A stretch of DNA of 64,000 bases from sequence record OK018184. One strand, 5' to 3'. Shown here in pieces: positions 19,564-29,347 of this stretch; within the stretch, counting starts at the first letter, position 1; the number at the start of each line of letters is the position of its first letter. Source of the DNA: Shigella phage CT01. The notes beneath the pieces were generated by a model, which had not been told where the DNA came from, searched no databases, and saw only the letters and a program-made list of their open reading frames with translations. The position numbers and the translations under genes are program-made.

Positions 19564-20987
19564 AATTTTAATTCGTTTGCTAAAGCATCTAACTGGGCTC
19601 GAGTAGATTCATTTCTTTGATAGCGATTCTGTTCAGCTTGTATCTGTTGTGAACCTGCTACTTCATTCACTTCAGTTGGAGTAGAATCTTGTTCAATTTC
19701 TACCCATTTTTGATTTCCTTTTTGAACACCCATCAAAAACTTATTCCATTTATTCTTATCACCATATCGTGATTTGATTTGCTTAATGAGTTGTTGTTCA
19801 GCAGCTGCTAACTCCTCAGTTTCAATGACCGCAAGCATAAAATCGGCTGTTGCTGGAAGACCGGCAGATTCTGCAATATCGCTCATGTTAACATCGGAAG
19901 AGTCCCAAGCTTGCTTACCAACCTGCGCTGCAGTCCAAAGAACAGTTTCGGTTTCAACAGCAAGAGCACGCAATTCCTCTGCAATAGCTTTAACAGTTGT
20001 GTAACTATTTTCTGAGTAAACCCTGATGCGGCAAGATTTACAAATACCTAGATAGTCGACAATAATGATTGTTGGAACAAAATTCTTCTTGAGTTTTAAT
20101 TCGTTTAAAAGCGATCGAAATGTATTAGCGTCTGCTCCACCAGTAGGATACTGTTTAACAATTAAACGGCCAAGAGTAGATTTCTCACGCCATTTTTCCA
20201 TTTTTCCTTTATACTCAGCGTAAGAAATATGCCCGTCATCAATGTCATCAAGAGAAACATCGAGCATATTAGCGTCAATACGCTTAGCACAGACTTCTTC
20301 TGCCATTTCCATGGAAATGTAAAGAACATTGTGTCCGAGCTGCAAATAATCTGCTGCCAATGAACACAATCCTAATGACTTACCAACGTTAACACCAGCC
20401 ATTAAAACGTTCAGTGTTCCAGTTTCAGCTCCGCCTTTAGTAATTTTATTTAGAATTTTGAGTTTAAATGGAACCTTACGAGCTTTATTCATATAAGATA
20501 GCCAACGTGCTTCGTAGTCATCCATCCAATCATGACCGACGTAGCTATCAAATGAAATTGACAATGCTTGGCGCATGATGTCAGGAATAGCACCTACATC
20601 TGGCATTTTCTTATTTCGTTTTTCTGGAGGAAGCTCAGCATTAGTTTGAATTTCAATTATTTTAGACGTAGCATTAAACATCGCCCTTTGCTGAACATAT
20701 TTTTCTGTTTCTTTTACTAACCAGCTGTGGTCTTCTGGAGAATCGGCTAGTTTTGAAATAAGTGTTTTTACACCAGAATATTCTGTTTCAGTAAATGAAC
20801 TATTTTCTAATGCAACATTTAACGCATTAATAGATGGAACGCTATGATACTCATTAACATGAGATTTAATTAATTTGAATGTATTTTTAGCTGGACCACT
20901 TTCAAAATATTCTGAATCCATATATGGCCAAACTTTTGAAAAATAAGCTTGATCAAATATGAGATGAGAAAGAATAATTTCTACCAC
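19560..20987 (-). CDS. 41: replicative DNA helicase gp41 (DnaB-like)
   Basis: 475 aa, length as T4 gp41; Walker A GVNVGKS. Confidence 0.9.
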   Translation of the reverse strand: MVEIILSHLIFDQAYFSKVWPYMDSEYFESGPAKNTFKLIKSHVNEYHSVPSINALNVALENSSFTETEYSGVKTLISKLADSPEDHSWLVKETEKYVQQRAMFNATSKIIEIQTNAELPPEKRNKKMPDVGAIPDIMRQALSISFDSYVGHDWMDDYEARWLSYMNKARKVPFKLKILNKITKGGAETGTLNVLMAGVNVGKSLGLCSLAADYLQLGHNVLYISMEMAEEVCAKRIDANMLDVSLDDIDDGHISYAEYKGKMEKWREKSTLGRLIVKQYPTGGADANTFRSLLNELKLKKNFVPTIIIVDYLGICKSCRIRVYSENSYTTVKAIAEELRALAVETETVLWTAAQVGKQAWDSSDVNMSDIAESAGLPATADFMLAVIETEELAAAEQQLIKQIKSRYGDKNKWNKFLMGVQKGNQKWVEIEQDSTPTEVNEVAGSQQIQAEQNRYQRNESTRAQLDALANELKF

Positions 20988-20996
20988 ACTTACTCC

Positions 20997-21359
20997 TTAA
21001 AAGAATTTAAATTTTTTCTTTGACCTTTTATTAAATGCATCTTGTAGTTGCATTGTAATACATTTTTCTACATGAGGAGCTAACTCAGCTTTTCTTTCTT
21101 GGTCAAGAACAGCAAAGTCCATTACGACTTTTCCATCAACCCAATCTAATTTTGTCACATACACAATGTGTGTAGAACCATCTTCTAGTTTAATGACAAT
21201 CTCCTGGATAACATTTTCCATGGCAGATTTAATTATCTTAAGAGATTCATTAAAAAGACGTTCTTTTCTTTCTTCTTCCCCCTCCGAAGAGGGGGATTCG
21301 TCGATAATTTCTAGATCTAAATCCAAATCATCTTTATTCATTAAATTCTTCCATATCAC
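20997..21359 (-). CDS. 40: gp40-like protein
   Basis: 120-aa ORF between gene 41 and uvsX. Confidence 0.55.
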   Translation of the reverse strand: MIWKNLMNKDDLDLDLEIIDESPSSEGEEERKERLFNESLKIIKSAMENVIQEIVIKLEDGSTHIVYVTKLDWVDGKVVMDFAVLDQERKAELAPHVEKCITMQLQDAFNKRSKKKFKFF

Positions 21360-22515
21360 TTAACTGATCTAGGTCAGTTTCTAAATCAGCTGCTGATTTA
21401 CTTTTACTTTCTGGAGATTTAAATTTTTCAACCTTTGAGTTAATCAATTCATCGACTTCAGCTTCAACAATTTCATTACTATCAATAGCACCTAACTGAT
21501 AAGCACGTTTAATAGCATCTCGGAATGGTTGATGCTTAAATAAAGGACCCCAGAATGTAGTGCAATTGGTATCTTTTGCACGCCAAGATTTTTCTTCGCG
21601 AATCATCTCACCGGTTTCTTCGTCAAGAAATTCACGAGCATACCAACCATTTTTAGGTTTTACTACAAATCCTAATTCAAGAGCCATATCTAACAATCCA
21701 GAATAAGGATCGATACCACCGTCAAATTTAACATCAATAAAGAATTTACTTTTTTCTTTAACGGTACGAGATTTTTCTACATTTAGAACAAATTGATACC
21801 CCTGAAGATCAGAACCATCTTTAATCTGGCGCTTACCGATAATGAATACAGTATCAGCCGAATACATTACGCCTGTACCACCTGTCATCACGGTTTTACT
21901 AAACATTTCAATTGTTTCAATTGTATGGTTAACCGCAACACATGGAATGTTTTTAATACTAAAATAAGGAGTAACAATACGGAATAATGACTTCAGTGAT
22001 TTAGCACGAGTCATATCTGCCACAGATTTTTCATTCAAGGCATCTTCCGTTTCTTTCTTAGAAGCCATATTACCGATTGAGTCGATGAATACAATAACCT
22101 TTTCACCGCGCTCAATAGCTTCAAGCTGATTCACCATATCAATTTTCAGCTGTTCAACTGACTGGATTGGTGTATGAATTACACGTTCCGGATCAACTCC
22201 CATGGATCGCAAATAAGCTGGAGTAATACCAAATTCGCTATCATAGAATAAACAAACCGCATCAGGATATTTGTTCAAATACGCCGCAACCATAGTCAAA
22301 GACATATTTGATTTAAAGTGTTTAGAAGGACCTGCAAAAATGGTTAAACCAGACTGCATACCGCCATCAATCGCACCGGAAATAGCGATATTAAGCATTG
22401 GGATTTTTGTACGGATTACATCCTTTTCATTAAAGAATTTAGATGTAGTCAGTTCAGCAGTCATTTTAGAAGTGGAAGCTTTAATCAAACGGGATTTTAA
22501 ATCTGCAATAGACAT
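21334..22515 (-). CDS. uvsX: UvsX recombinase (RecA-like)
   Basis: 393 aa; MSIADLKSRLIKASTSK N-terminus and RecA-fold motifs as T4 UvsX. Confidence 0.9.
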   Translation of the reverse strand: MSIADLKSRLIKASTSKMTAELTTSKFFNEKDVIRTKIPMLNIAISGAIDGGMQSGLTIFAGPSKHFKSNMSLTMVAAYLNKYPDAVCLFYDSEFGITPAYLRSMGVDPERVIHTPIQSVEQLKIDMVNQLEAIERGEKVIVFIDSIGNMASKKETEDALNEKSVADMTRAKSLKSLFRIVTPYFSIKNIPCVAVNHTIETIEMFSKTVMTGGTGVMYSADTVFIIGKRQIKDGSDLQGYQFVLNVEKSRTVKEKSKFFIDVKFDGGIDPYSGLLDMALELGFVVKPKNGWYAREFLDEETGEMIREEKSWRAKDTNCTTFWGPLFKHQPFRDAIKRAYQLGAIDSNEIVEAEVDELINSKVEKFKSPESKSKSAADLETDLDQLSDMEEFNE

Positions 22516-22592
22516 TCATTTTTTCCATAGGCATCATTATATTTTCCTCACTGGTTAAAGATAGAGTAATTATAACACAATAAATTTAGGCA

Positions 22593-23441
22593 TTAATCGA
22601 CTGCTATTGGATGAATAGCATTAAACTTATGAAACGCTTCTGATTTTTCTTTGCGCGAAACACACATGCGAAGAACCTTTAATGGCTCGTCTTCTTCACC
22701 CAACGATTTTCTCTTTTCAATATTCGATGTTTTCCAACGAGCTTGCTCTGGAAATTCTCTATTGATTTGCTCAAGCGCTCTATTATGTTTTGAATTACTA
22801 CGAATTGAACTACATCCGCCAGGAGCTTGCGCTTTTCCAGATACAACTAGATATTTGAACAAGGCCAAATGCGGATAACCTTGATTAATTAAATTGAGAA
22901 ATGCATACATATCTTCGCATAAATCAATTTTTCCATACCCAATTTGTTCTGTTGTAAGTTTTCCTAAATCATACCAGGTATTCGTGAATCCGTATGAATT
23001 TTCACGATAATTACCCCAAGATGAAGTAATTTTAAAAATAGGTAGACGAGCATGGCCGTGATAATATCCGCAATCCATGGCATCTTCCACGTATTGAATC
23101 AATTCATAGAACTGTTCACGAGTTAACTGATTAATTTTATCTACGCAGCGACGATCATCTTTCTTTCGCATTGAACTCATACGAATAGTAGTATCATCAT
23201 CAATCATCCAAATTCGCTGACCTGCATACATATCAGTAATTGCTTTACGAGTTCCAGCAATTCCATTTACATCGTCGGGAATAGTTATAATTTTAGCTCT
23301 AGACCCATAAGCGTCATAATAAGCTTTTTCTTCGTGTTTACGTACTACAATATGAGGTTCATAATCAGATGGAAACATATCAAGGGCAGAAACTGCCCCT
23401 ACGCGTTGATAACTTGGAATTACGAATTGAATCATTTCCAC
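22593..23441 (-). CDS. putative DNA glycosyltransferase in the beta-gt position, not T4 beta-gt; possibly the T2/T6-type beta-alpha-glucosyltransferase
   Basis: 282 aa with DxD-like IWMIDDDTTI; no resemblance to recalled T4 beta-gt (351 aa). Confidence 0.45.
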   Translation of the reverse strand: MEMIQFVIPSYQRVGAVSALDMFPSDYEPHIVVRKHEEKAYYDAYGSRAKIITIPDDVNGIAGTRKAITDMYAGQRIWMIDDDTTIRMSSMRKKDDRRCVDKINQLTREQFYELIQYVEDAMDCGYYHGHARLPIFKITSSWGNYRENSYGFTNTWYDLGKLTTEQIGYGKIDLCEDMYAFLNLINQGYPHLALFKYLVVSGKAQAPGGCSSIRSNSKHNRALEQINREFPEQARWKTSNIEKRKSLGEEDEPLKVLRMCVSRKEKSEAFHKFNAIHPIAVD

Positions 23442-24172
23442 TCACCGTTATAATCTTTTTTCGCAATATGAGTTTCGCCAGTTTTCCACCAATGGTCAAC
23501 CAAATAAAAATGACGAGAATACACATGAAGGCTTCCGACATTCCATATAATGGAACCTGCTTTATACTGACGAGTTGAATCACCTGCATTCAAATCAGAT
23601 ACTAATTTATCTAGTACGTATTTTTGCCATGCATAATCATTACGGAATCCGAAGACCACGTCATTTGAACGCATGCTTACTACTGCATTGACTTTCTTAT
23701 CACGAATCAGATACTGTACTGTATTCGTACACATGAAATCTGACATGCCATCTTTATTGTAGTCAAACTGCATGGATGGACGAGTATAAATCATGATACC
23801 ACGTCGAGAATCAGGATTTTGACCAAGTTCAGCTAAACACATATCATATTGGGCATAGTTATCTTCTGACCAGATGGCCCAACCATAATTCGAGTTAATT
23901 TCGCCTTTAGAAGATGCTACCTGCTGCCAAATCTTTGGTGTTTCACCTGGAATATCTTTAACAAACAAACTTTGAGACTTATACCATTCAAGTTCACGCT
24001 GAATGTATTCATCATTAAGAGCGCCAAAAATAAAAGGTTCATCTGCTACAAATGATGCACCAATAATTTCAATAGTTTTAACACCGGTTTTATCAATTAC
24101 GAAATCTTTTTCCTTTAATGCAAGACCCAAATCAAGACGGATTTCTTCAATTGTCATATAATCGTTAATCAT
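23432..24172 (-). CDS. 42: dCMP hydroxymethylase gp42
   Basis: 246 aa; thymidylate-synthase-like fold; length as T4 gp42. Confidence 0.9.
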   Translation of the reverse strand: MINDYMTIEEIRLDLGLALKEKDFVIDKTGVKTIEIIGASFVADEPFIFGALNDEYIQRELEWYKSQSLFVKDIPGETPKIWQQVASSKGEINSNYGWAIWSEDNYAQYDMCLAELGQNPDSRRGIMIYTRPSMQFDYNKDGMSDFMCTNTVQYLIRDKKVNAVVSMRSNDVVFGFRNDYAWQKYVLDKLVSDLNAGDSTRQYKAGSIIWNVGSLHVYSRHFYLVDHWWKTGETHIAKKDYNGEWK

Positions 24173-24325
24173 TTAAACCTCAATTGATGCATTCATATTT
24201 AACTTGTAACAGTAATAAACTCCACCCTATAATAAGCGTTGGAATCATACAAGGAACTGTTACGCTATAGTATATACTTATTATAATCATCAAGATTAAA
24301 AGCAATACTGCTAAAATTTTGCTTT

Positions 24326-24577
24326 TCATTCCTTCTCTCTGATGATAATTACTTGATTTTGCTGTACAGATTTTTTAGTTTCACCTGCAATTGACCAAAT
24401 AAAGGTAATAAACCAACCAATAATTGACCAGTTAAACAGTAAAGACGTGAAAAAGATTCCTACTGTCGATTTTGACCCACGCATTAAGGCGATGAACCAT
24501 GGAAGCATGTATATAATAATAGCCAACACGCCTGAAACTAAAACCATAAAAATTGAACCTGCTACTAAAGTTTCCAT
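24326..24577 (-). CDS. imm: superinfection immunity protein Imm
   Basis: 83-aa two-TM protein, size and position as T4 Imm. Confidence 0.8.
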   Translation of the reverse strand: METLVAGSIFMVLVSGVLAIIIYMLPWFIALMRGSKSTVGIFFTSLLFNWSIIGWFITFIWSIAGETKKSVQQNQVIIIREKE

Positions 24578-24584
24578 GTTTTCC

Positions 24585-24965
24585 TCACTTAGTCAAATTT
24601 TTTACACATGAATTATAAGAATTTACTACATACTCCATCGGAGCATTTTTACCGGTACGCCATTGGTAATTATTAGCCCAATTAGCCCAAAGCTCAGCGC
24701 AGTAGTTTTCAATTTTTTCTTCGCGTGTAATCACATCTGAATTGCGATATGCTTGGGCAGATTCATCTGGACGAATAGCTTCGTCAAAATTCGCCTGCAT
24801 TTGTTCTACTGTCTGTTTTGGAGCCTCTTTATAACACTTAACATTAGGATTATAAAATTTGCTTGAACAGTTTACAATTTTTCCTACATCAGACTGATTT
24901 ACTACCGGTCCTTGAGCTACACAACCAGTAAGACCCAATGCAATAACCAAAATAGCGATTTTCAT
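24585..24965 (-). CDS. predicted lipoprotein
   Basis: ATG at 24963..24965; MKIAILVIALGLTGC signal and lipobox; the track ORF 24585..25124 extends upstream through junction sequence from a GTG. Confidence 0.6.
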   Translation of the reverse strand: MKIAILVIALGLTGCVAQGPVVNQSDVGKIVNCSSKFYNPNVKCYKEAPKQTVEQMQANFDEAIRPDESAQAYRNSDVITREEKIENYCAELWANWANNYQWRTGKNAPMEYVVNSYNSCVKNLTK

Positions 24966-25019
24966 TTCATTCTCCAAATCCGCATCAGTTGATAGTTGTA
25001 TAGTACCATGGAAGAACAG
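24870..25019. repeat. direct repeat copy 1 (150 bp, identical to 25138..25287)
   Basis: Exact identity; covers the lipoprotein gene 5' end, RBS and promoter -10. Confidence 0.9.
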
Positions 25020-25137
25020 ACCTAATTGAACACCCAGCGTTCCATTAGTATTCATATGAAGATTATCATCAATTTTTATTGATACTTTACCATTCATGTG
25101 AATAACAGTATTAGATTCAATCACATCTCTGACTATC
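25020..25137. other. 118-bp segment between the direct repeats, origin unknown
   Basis: Open on the minus strand (VIESNTVIHMNGKVSIKIDDNLHMNTNGTLGVQLG), closed in all plus frames. Confidence 0.6.
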
Positions 25138-25233
25138 GTTTACAATTTTTCCTACATCAGACTGATTTACTACCGGTCCTTGAGCTACACAACCAGTAAG
25201 ACCCAATGCAATAACCAAAATAGCGATTTTCAT
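25117..25233 (-). pseudogene. truncated duplicate of the lipoprotein gene 5' end (38 codons)
   Basis: MKIAILVIALGLTGCVAQGPVVNQSDVGKIVN then DSQRCD-stop from junction sequence. Confidence 0.6.
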
Positions 25234-25287
25234 TTCATTCTCCAAATCCGCATCAGTTGATAGTTGTATAGTACCATGGAAGAACAG
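25138..25287. repeat. direct repeat copy 2 (150 bp)
   Basis: Exact identity to 24870..25019. Confidence 0.9.
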
Positions 25288-25300
25288 GGATGTAAACAGT
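25262..25300 (-). promoter_or_regulatory. T4-type early promoter (intact copy)
   Basis: Reverse strand GTTTAC (gtaaac 25292..25297) ... TACTATACA. Confidence 0.5.
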
Positions 25301-25385
25301 TTTGTGAAAAAATTTTTAATGAATTCCAGAGGTCCAGAATCATCTATTTTTCCTAAGTATAGATTTATATTACTTGTATGAAAAA

Positions 25386-25401
25386 GGGACCCGGAGGTCC
25401 C
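25386..25401 (-). terminator. tetraloop hairpin downstream of gene 43
   Basis: gggacc-cgga-ggtccc inverted repeat. Confidence 0.4.
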
Positions 25402-25414
25402 CAGATTTATTCTA

Positions 25415-28111
25415 TCAGCCAAACAGGAAGTCTAACGAAGCTTTTTCCTCATAGTCCATACCTGCCGATTCACACATACCCGCAAGCGGTTTAACAAACG
25501 ATTTTTGGAACAAAGTTGAGTAGTCAATCCAAGACAGTACATCAGAACGAATTTCTTTTGGAAGTTCCGTACCCGACGGCCAAGCAATGCACTTATCACC
25601 AAATGGATTTCCTTCACGTAATGGAAGAACCATTACCTTATTTCCATCCAAAATTGGAGCTACACCTAAACCGTTAACAGCTCGACGATAAGTTAGCACC
25701 CCACGAATATGGAACGGGCATTTAAACCCTGGCCAACCTTTATCATCATATTTCGCTATATCGTTCGCGGTTTTTACTTCAGCAATAACTTTATAGTCAA
25801 GTTGACGATATTCTTTCTCAAAGTTCTTGTAGTATTCTTGGACAGACTCTTCACCTTCCTGAAGAATACGACGAATACTTTCTTCGAGAGCTTCTTGTAC
25901 TGCTTTTGGTGTTGAACTCTGTTGAGTTTCCATACCCATGATTTTTAGATGTGGTTCAGCAAATCGCTTATCTTCCATATCATAAACGTTCAGAGCATAA
26001 CGTTTTTTCGCTTTCCAAAATCCACCAACACCCTTTGAACCGAGTGGAGGGCAAGAAATAGCTTCACGGTCCATATGCATCAGATGCTCGCGGTTATTCA
26101 TATAATCACATAACTCACGATATGCAACATCAATCATAGGTTCCATCTTTTTCTTACCAAACTGATTCATGAATTCAACTAAATCATTTTGTTCTTTAAA
26201 GCGGTCAAGACCTACTTTTTCAATTACTTTATCTACACAAACATATACCGAATCAGTATCACCTGCTGCGATGAAATCTTCACCATCAGTTCCACACACT
26301 TTATTCAGATATTCATTAATTTTACGAGCAATCCACTGAATACCAACTTGACCAAAAATTGTGATAGCAGTAGCATTTCGCAAATCATAGTAACGGAAAT
26401 GAATATTACCAAGAGCACCATAAAGACTGTTGATAAGAATTTTACGGTTCAGCTGATTTGTGTTAGCAAGTGTAGCTGCTTTTTCACATTCTTCGATCAG
26501 ACTATTAAGAACAGATTCAGTGTAATTCGATAATTCGTTTAAGAAATCATCACTGAACTTAACATATCGTTCAACTTCTGGTTTAGTTGAGCAAGACCCT
26601 GCACCTTTCATAATAATCTTTTTAATAGCTTCGGCATTCATTTCTTCAGCGAACATTTTCTTTTTCCAATCTTTACGCTGGAAAAATACTTTAGCGATTT
26701 CCTTTGGAATGATACCTTCTTGGTGCTTATCATACATCCATCCATTCGGAGAGCAAGAATATTCATCACTTGGCTTAGGAGCTGTTCCTGCGATATATTC
26801 ATGAATTGGATGAACTTTAAACTGTCCACGAATAGTCTCAGGACTAATGTTAACCTGACGAATAATGCTAGGATACAGAGATGTCAAGTCAAAACTCATA
26901 ATGTATCGACGGGCAATCGGTTTAGGTTCAAACACAAATGCGCCTGGAAAACTCTGCTTAACGTGCGAACCTTGTTGAGGAATAACCTTATGTTCACTTT
27001 TCAGTGAGTTAAAAATAATAGCATCCCAAGTTTTAATAGGACTCATTACACCAGAAAAAGGCATTTTAGCATAATAAGACATACTTAAAACTAGATCGAT
27101 AAACCCACGAATTTTATCAATTGCTTGAACTGATTCTACGTCAATAATGTTATAACTAATGTATCGTTGATGATTAGTCTCACGAAGTTTATTAATAGGA
27201 CCATCGTACGGCAATTTACCTTTTTTGGTTTCATGTTGAGCAACTGATTCCAAAGAGAATGATGGCAAATTAGTAAATGCGAATTTCTTGTACAAATCTA
27301 AATAATCAAGAATAGATACGCCATCAATAGAATAAATTTCTTTGCTACCGTACATATTTTGAATTAGTTTAGATTTTACTCGACCGATTGGAGAGAAGCG
27401 TTTCATACTACGTTCACCAAGAACCATTTTAACGCGATTCATGATATACGGAACGTCAAATCCCTCAATATTCCAACCAGTAAAAATAGCAGGTCGTTTC
27501 TGTTCCCAGAGATTAATATATTCCATGAGCATATCACGCTCATTATCAAATGGCATATAAATTACTCGGTCAAGAATTTCTTGAGGAACTTCATCACCAC
27601 CTTCACAGTCAAGTTTAGCAGCTAACTTTGCATCCCATTTTGATACTGAACCGTACATTGAATTCAACAAATCAAAGACGTAAAAACGGTCGTCAATTGA
27701 ATCATAATGAGTGATAGCATCAATTTCATATTCTGCTTTCATTGGGTCAGGAAATTTATCGCCAGTAACCTCAATGTCACAGTTAGCTACACGAACAAAT
27801 TTTCGGTCATAAACAATTTCTGAACCATATGTATCACTGATATAAGCGAGTTTAAAATCGTTCATACCAAGAGCTTCGAGACCGATGTCTTCCATTCGCT
27901 TCATCCAGTCTCGTGCATCTTTCATTGATGGAAATTTTTGAGGAGCGCAATTTTTACCGTAAATGTCTTTGTACTTTGACTCTTCCTTACAATGCCTAAA
28001 CATAGTCGGAAGATATTCTACTTCACGAGTACGTTCCTTTCCGTTTTCATCAATATAACGCTCAACAATATTATTTCCGACTGTTTCGATAGAGATATAA
28101 AATTCTTTCAT
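25415..28111 (-). CDS. 43: DNA polymerase gp43 (family B, with 3'-5' exonuclease)
   Basis: 898 aa, exact length of T4 gp43; polymerase motifs including YGDTDS. Confidence 0.95.
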   Translation of the reverse strand: MKEFYISIETVGNNIVERYIDENGKERTREVEYLPTMFRHCKEESKYKDIYGKNCAPQKFPSMKDARDWMKRMEDIGLEALGMNDFKLAYISDTYGSEIVYDRKFVRVANCDIEVTGDKFPDPMKAEYEIDAITHYDSIDDRFYVFDLLNSMYGSVSKWDAKLAAKLDCEGGDEVPQEILDRVIYMPFDNERDMLMEYINLWEQKRPAIFTGWNIEGFDVPYIMNRVKMVLGERSMKRFSPIGRVKSKLIQNMYGSKEIYSIDGVSILDYLDLYKKFAFTNLPSFSLESVAQHETKKGKLPYDGPINKLRETNHQRYISYNIIDVESVQAIDKIRGFIDLVLSMSYYAKMPFSGVMSPIKTWDAIIFNSLKSEHKVIPQQGSHVKQSFPGAFVFEPKPIARRYIMSFDLTSLYPSIIRQVNISPETIRGQFKVHPIHEYIAGTAPKPSDEYSCSPNGWMYDKHQEGIIPKEIAKVFFQRKDWKKKMFAEEMNAEAIKKIIMKGAGSCSTKPEVERYVKFSDDFLNELSNYTESVLNSLIEECEKAATLANTNQLNRKILINSLYGALGNIHFRYYDLRNATAITIFGQVGIQWIARKINEYLNKVCGTDGEDFIAAGDTDSVYVCVDKVIEKVGLDRFKEQNDLVEFMNQFGKKKMEPMIDVAYRELCDYMNNREHLMHMDREAISCPPLGSKGVGGFWKAKKRYALNVYDMEDKRFAEPHLKIMGMETQQSSTPKAVQEALEESIRRILQEGEESVQEYYKNFEKEYRQLDYKVIAEVKTANDIAKYDDKGWPGFKCPFHIRGVLTYRRAVNGLGVAPILDGNKVMVLPLREGNPFGDKCIAWPSGTELPKEIRSDVLSWIDYSTLFQKSFVKPLAGMCESAGMDYEEKASLDFLFG

Positions 28112-28150
28112 AGATATTCCTTAGTTTATAGCCCGAGTTATTAGGCTCTT
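28112..28150 (-). promoter_or_regulatory. gene 43 translational operator hairpin with SD
   Basis: Reverse strand reads GAGCCUAAUAACUCGGGCUAUAAACUAAGGAAUAUCUAUG, matching the recalled gp43 autoregulatory operator. Confidence 0.7.
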
Positions 28151-28169
28151 GATATATTATACTCCAAAT

Positions 28170-28187
28170 AAGGGGCCGAAGCCCCTT
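28170..28187 (-). terminator. UUCG-tetraloop hairpin
   Basis: aaggggccgaagcccctt. Confidence 0.4.
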
Positions 28188-28189
28188 GC

Positions 28190-28411
28190 TTAAATTAATA
28201 CCATTTGTCGGTGAAAAATTGTCAATCCATCTGCATTAATTGACTTAACCACTGCGGTAAAGTGTTTTTGTTCTGGGTGAACTAATTTTTGAAATTCTAC
28301 CTGAAATTTTAGTTGGAGATTTTCTGGTAAATCAAAAAGTGTTTCTGTTGCAGAAAGATTATATTTTTCTTTAAGAGACGCCATGTATTCTTGTGGGGTT
28401 ATAGCAGTCAT
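28190..28411 (-). CDS. hypothetical small protein between regA and gene 43
   Basis: Track ORF 28190..28453; internal ATG at 28409..28411 avoids overlap with the regA body. Confidence 0.4.
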   Translation of the reverse strand: MTAITPQEYMASLKEKYNLSATETLFDLPENLQLKFQVEFQKLVHPEQKHFTAVVKSINADGLTIFHRQMVLI

Positions 28412-28412
28412 A

Positions 28413-28781
28413 TTAATTACCAATCGTATATTTTGGAACGAGTTTCCATTCATGTTTTTGTTTAAAAGAAATAACTCGGAAGTTATTGGTTAAATCTTTC
28501 ATAAAAGTTCTTTGACCAGGAACGATTTCAATCAGTCCCCAATCTTCTAACAGCCATGCAATCGAATCACGACGAACTTCATCTTCTTCTGTCATTTCAA
28601 CCTGGCGACCATCCATACGAAGCATTTCTTTAAAATGAACGATATAGTATAGTCCTTTTTTCTGAAGAATATGACAGGACTGATACAGAACTTTATCTTT
28701 ATTATTAGCAATTCCCATGCGAGTCAAAGTTTCTTTTACTTTCAGAAAATCTTCAGGTTTTTTAAGAGTAATTTCAATCAT
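28413..28781 (-). CDS. regA: translational repressor RegA
   Basis: 122 aa, size and position as T4 RegA. Confidence 0.85.
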   Translation of the reverse strand: MIEITLKKPEDFLKVKETLTRMGIANNKDKVLYQSCHILQKKGLYYIVHFKEMLRMDGRQVEMTEEDEVRRDSIAWLLEDWGLIEIVPGQRTFMKDLTNNFRVISFKQKHEWKLVPKYTIGN

Positions 28782-28782
28782 T

Positions 28783-29346
28783 TTACCATTCCAATGCTAG
28801 TTTTTTGAGTTGTTTCTGTTCTTTTACGTTCTTAGTCACTTCTTTCAAAAAATCATCCGTGACTAAACCTTTTAGTTCTTTTAATACTAAAGGAAGTTTT
28901 CCATTTTTAGTAAGAATTGATTTATAGTTAATTGCATCATTTGTATTAACTTGATACCGCTTAGCAAGTAACTTAATAATCAATACTTCAGTAGAATCTT
29001 CGACCAGTTTTGCCCATTTACCATATCTTTTACCCCGAGGAACAGCAGCCATCAGGTAATTAAAATGGGCTTCATCGCTTAAACCTGATCCAATTAAATT
29101 CATAGCATATACAGCTGGCATGCATTCAGGAAATTGTGATAATGCATTCTCAACCATGTATTTTGAATAATCTTTTTGAGCAATAGAGCATTTAGTTTTA
29201 TTATTGATAGCCCCAATTATTTCAAAAAATTCATTTTCAGCTTTTTCCTTGAAAGAATCAGCAGCAGATTGGACAGCTGTCCAATCTTTTGAATACCAAG
29301 CAACTTGATGCTCGTTTAATTGAATATCATCTTCAAATAAGCTCAT
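28783..29346 (-). CDS. 62: clamp loader small subunit gp62
   Basis: 187 aa, size and position as T4 gp62. Confidence 0.85.
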   Translation of the reverse strand: MSLFEDDIQLNEHQVAWYSKDWTAVQSAADSFKEKAENEFFEIIGAINNKTKCSIAQKDYSKYMVENALSQFPECMPAVYAMNLIGSGLSDEAHFNYLMAAVPRGKRYGKWAKLVEDSTEVLIIKLLAKRYQVNTNDAINYKSILTKNGKLPLVLKELKGLVTDDFLKEVTKNVKEQKQLKKLALEW

Positions 29347-29347
29347 A

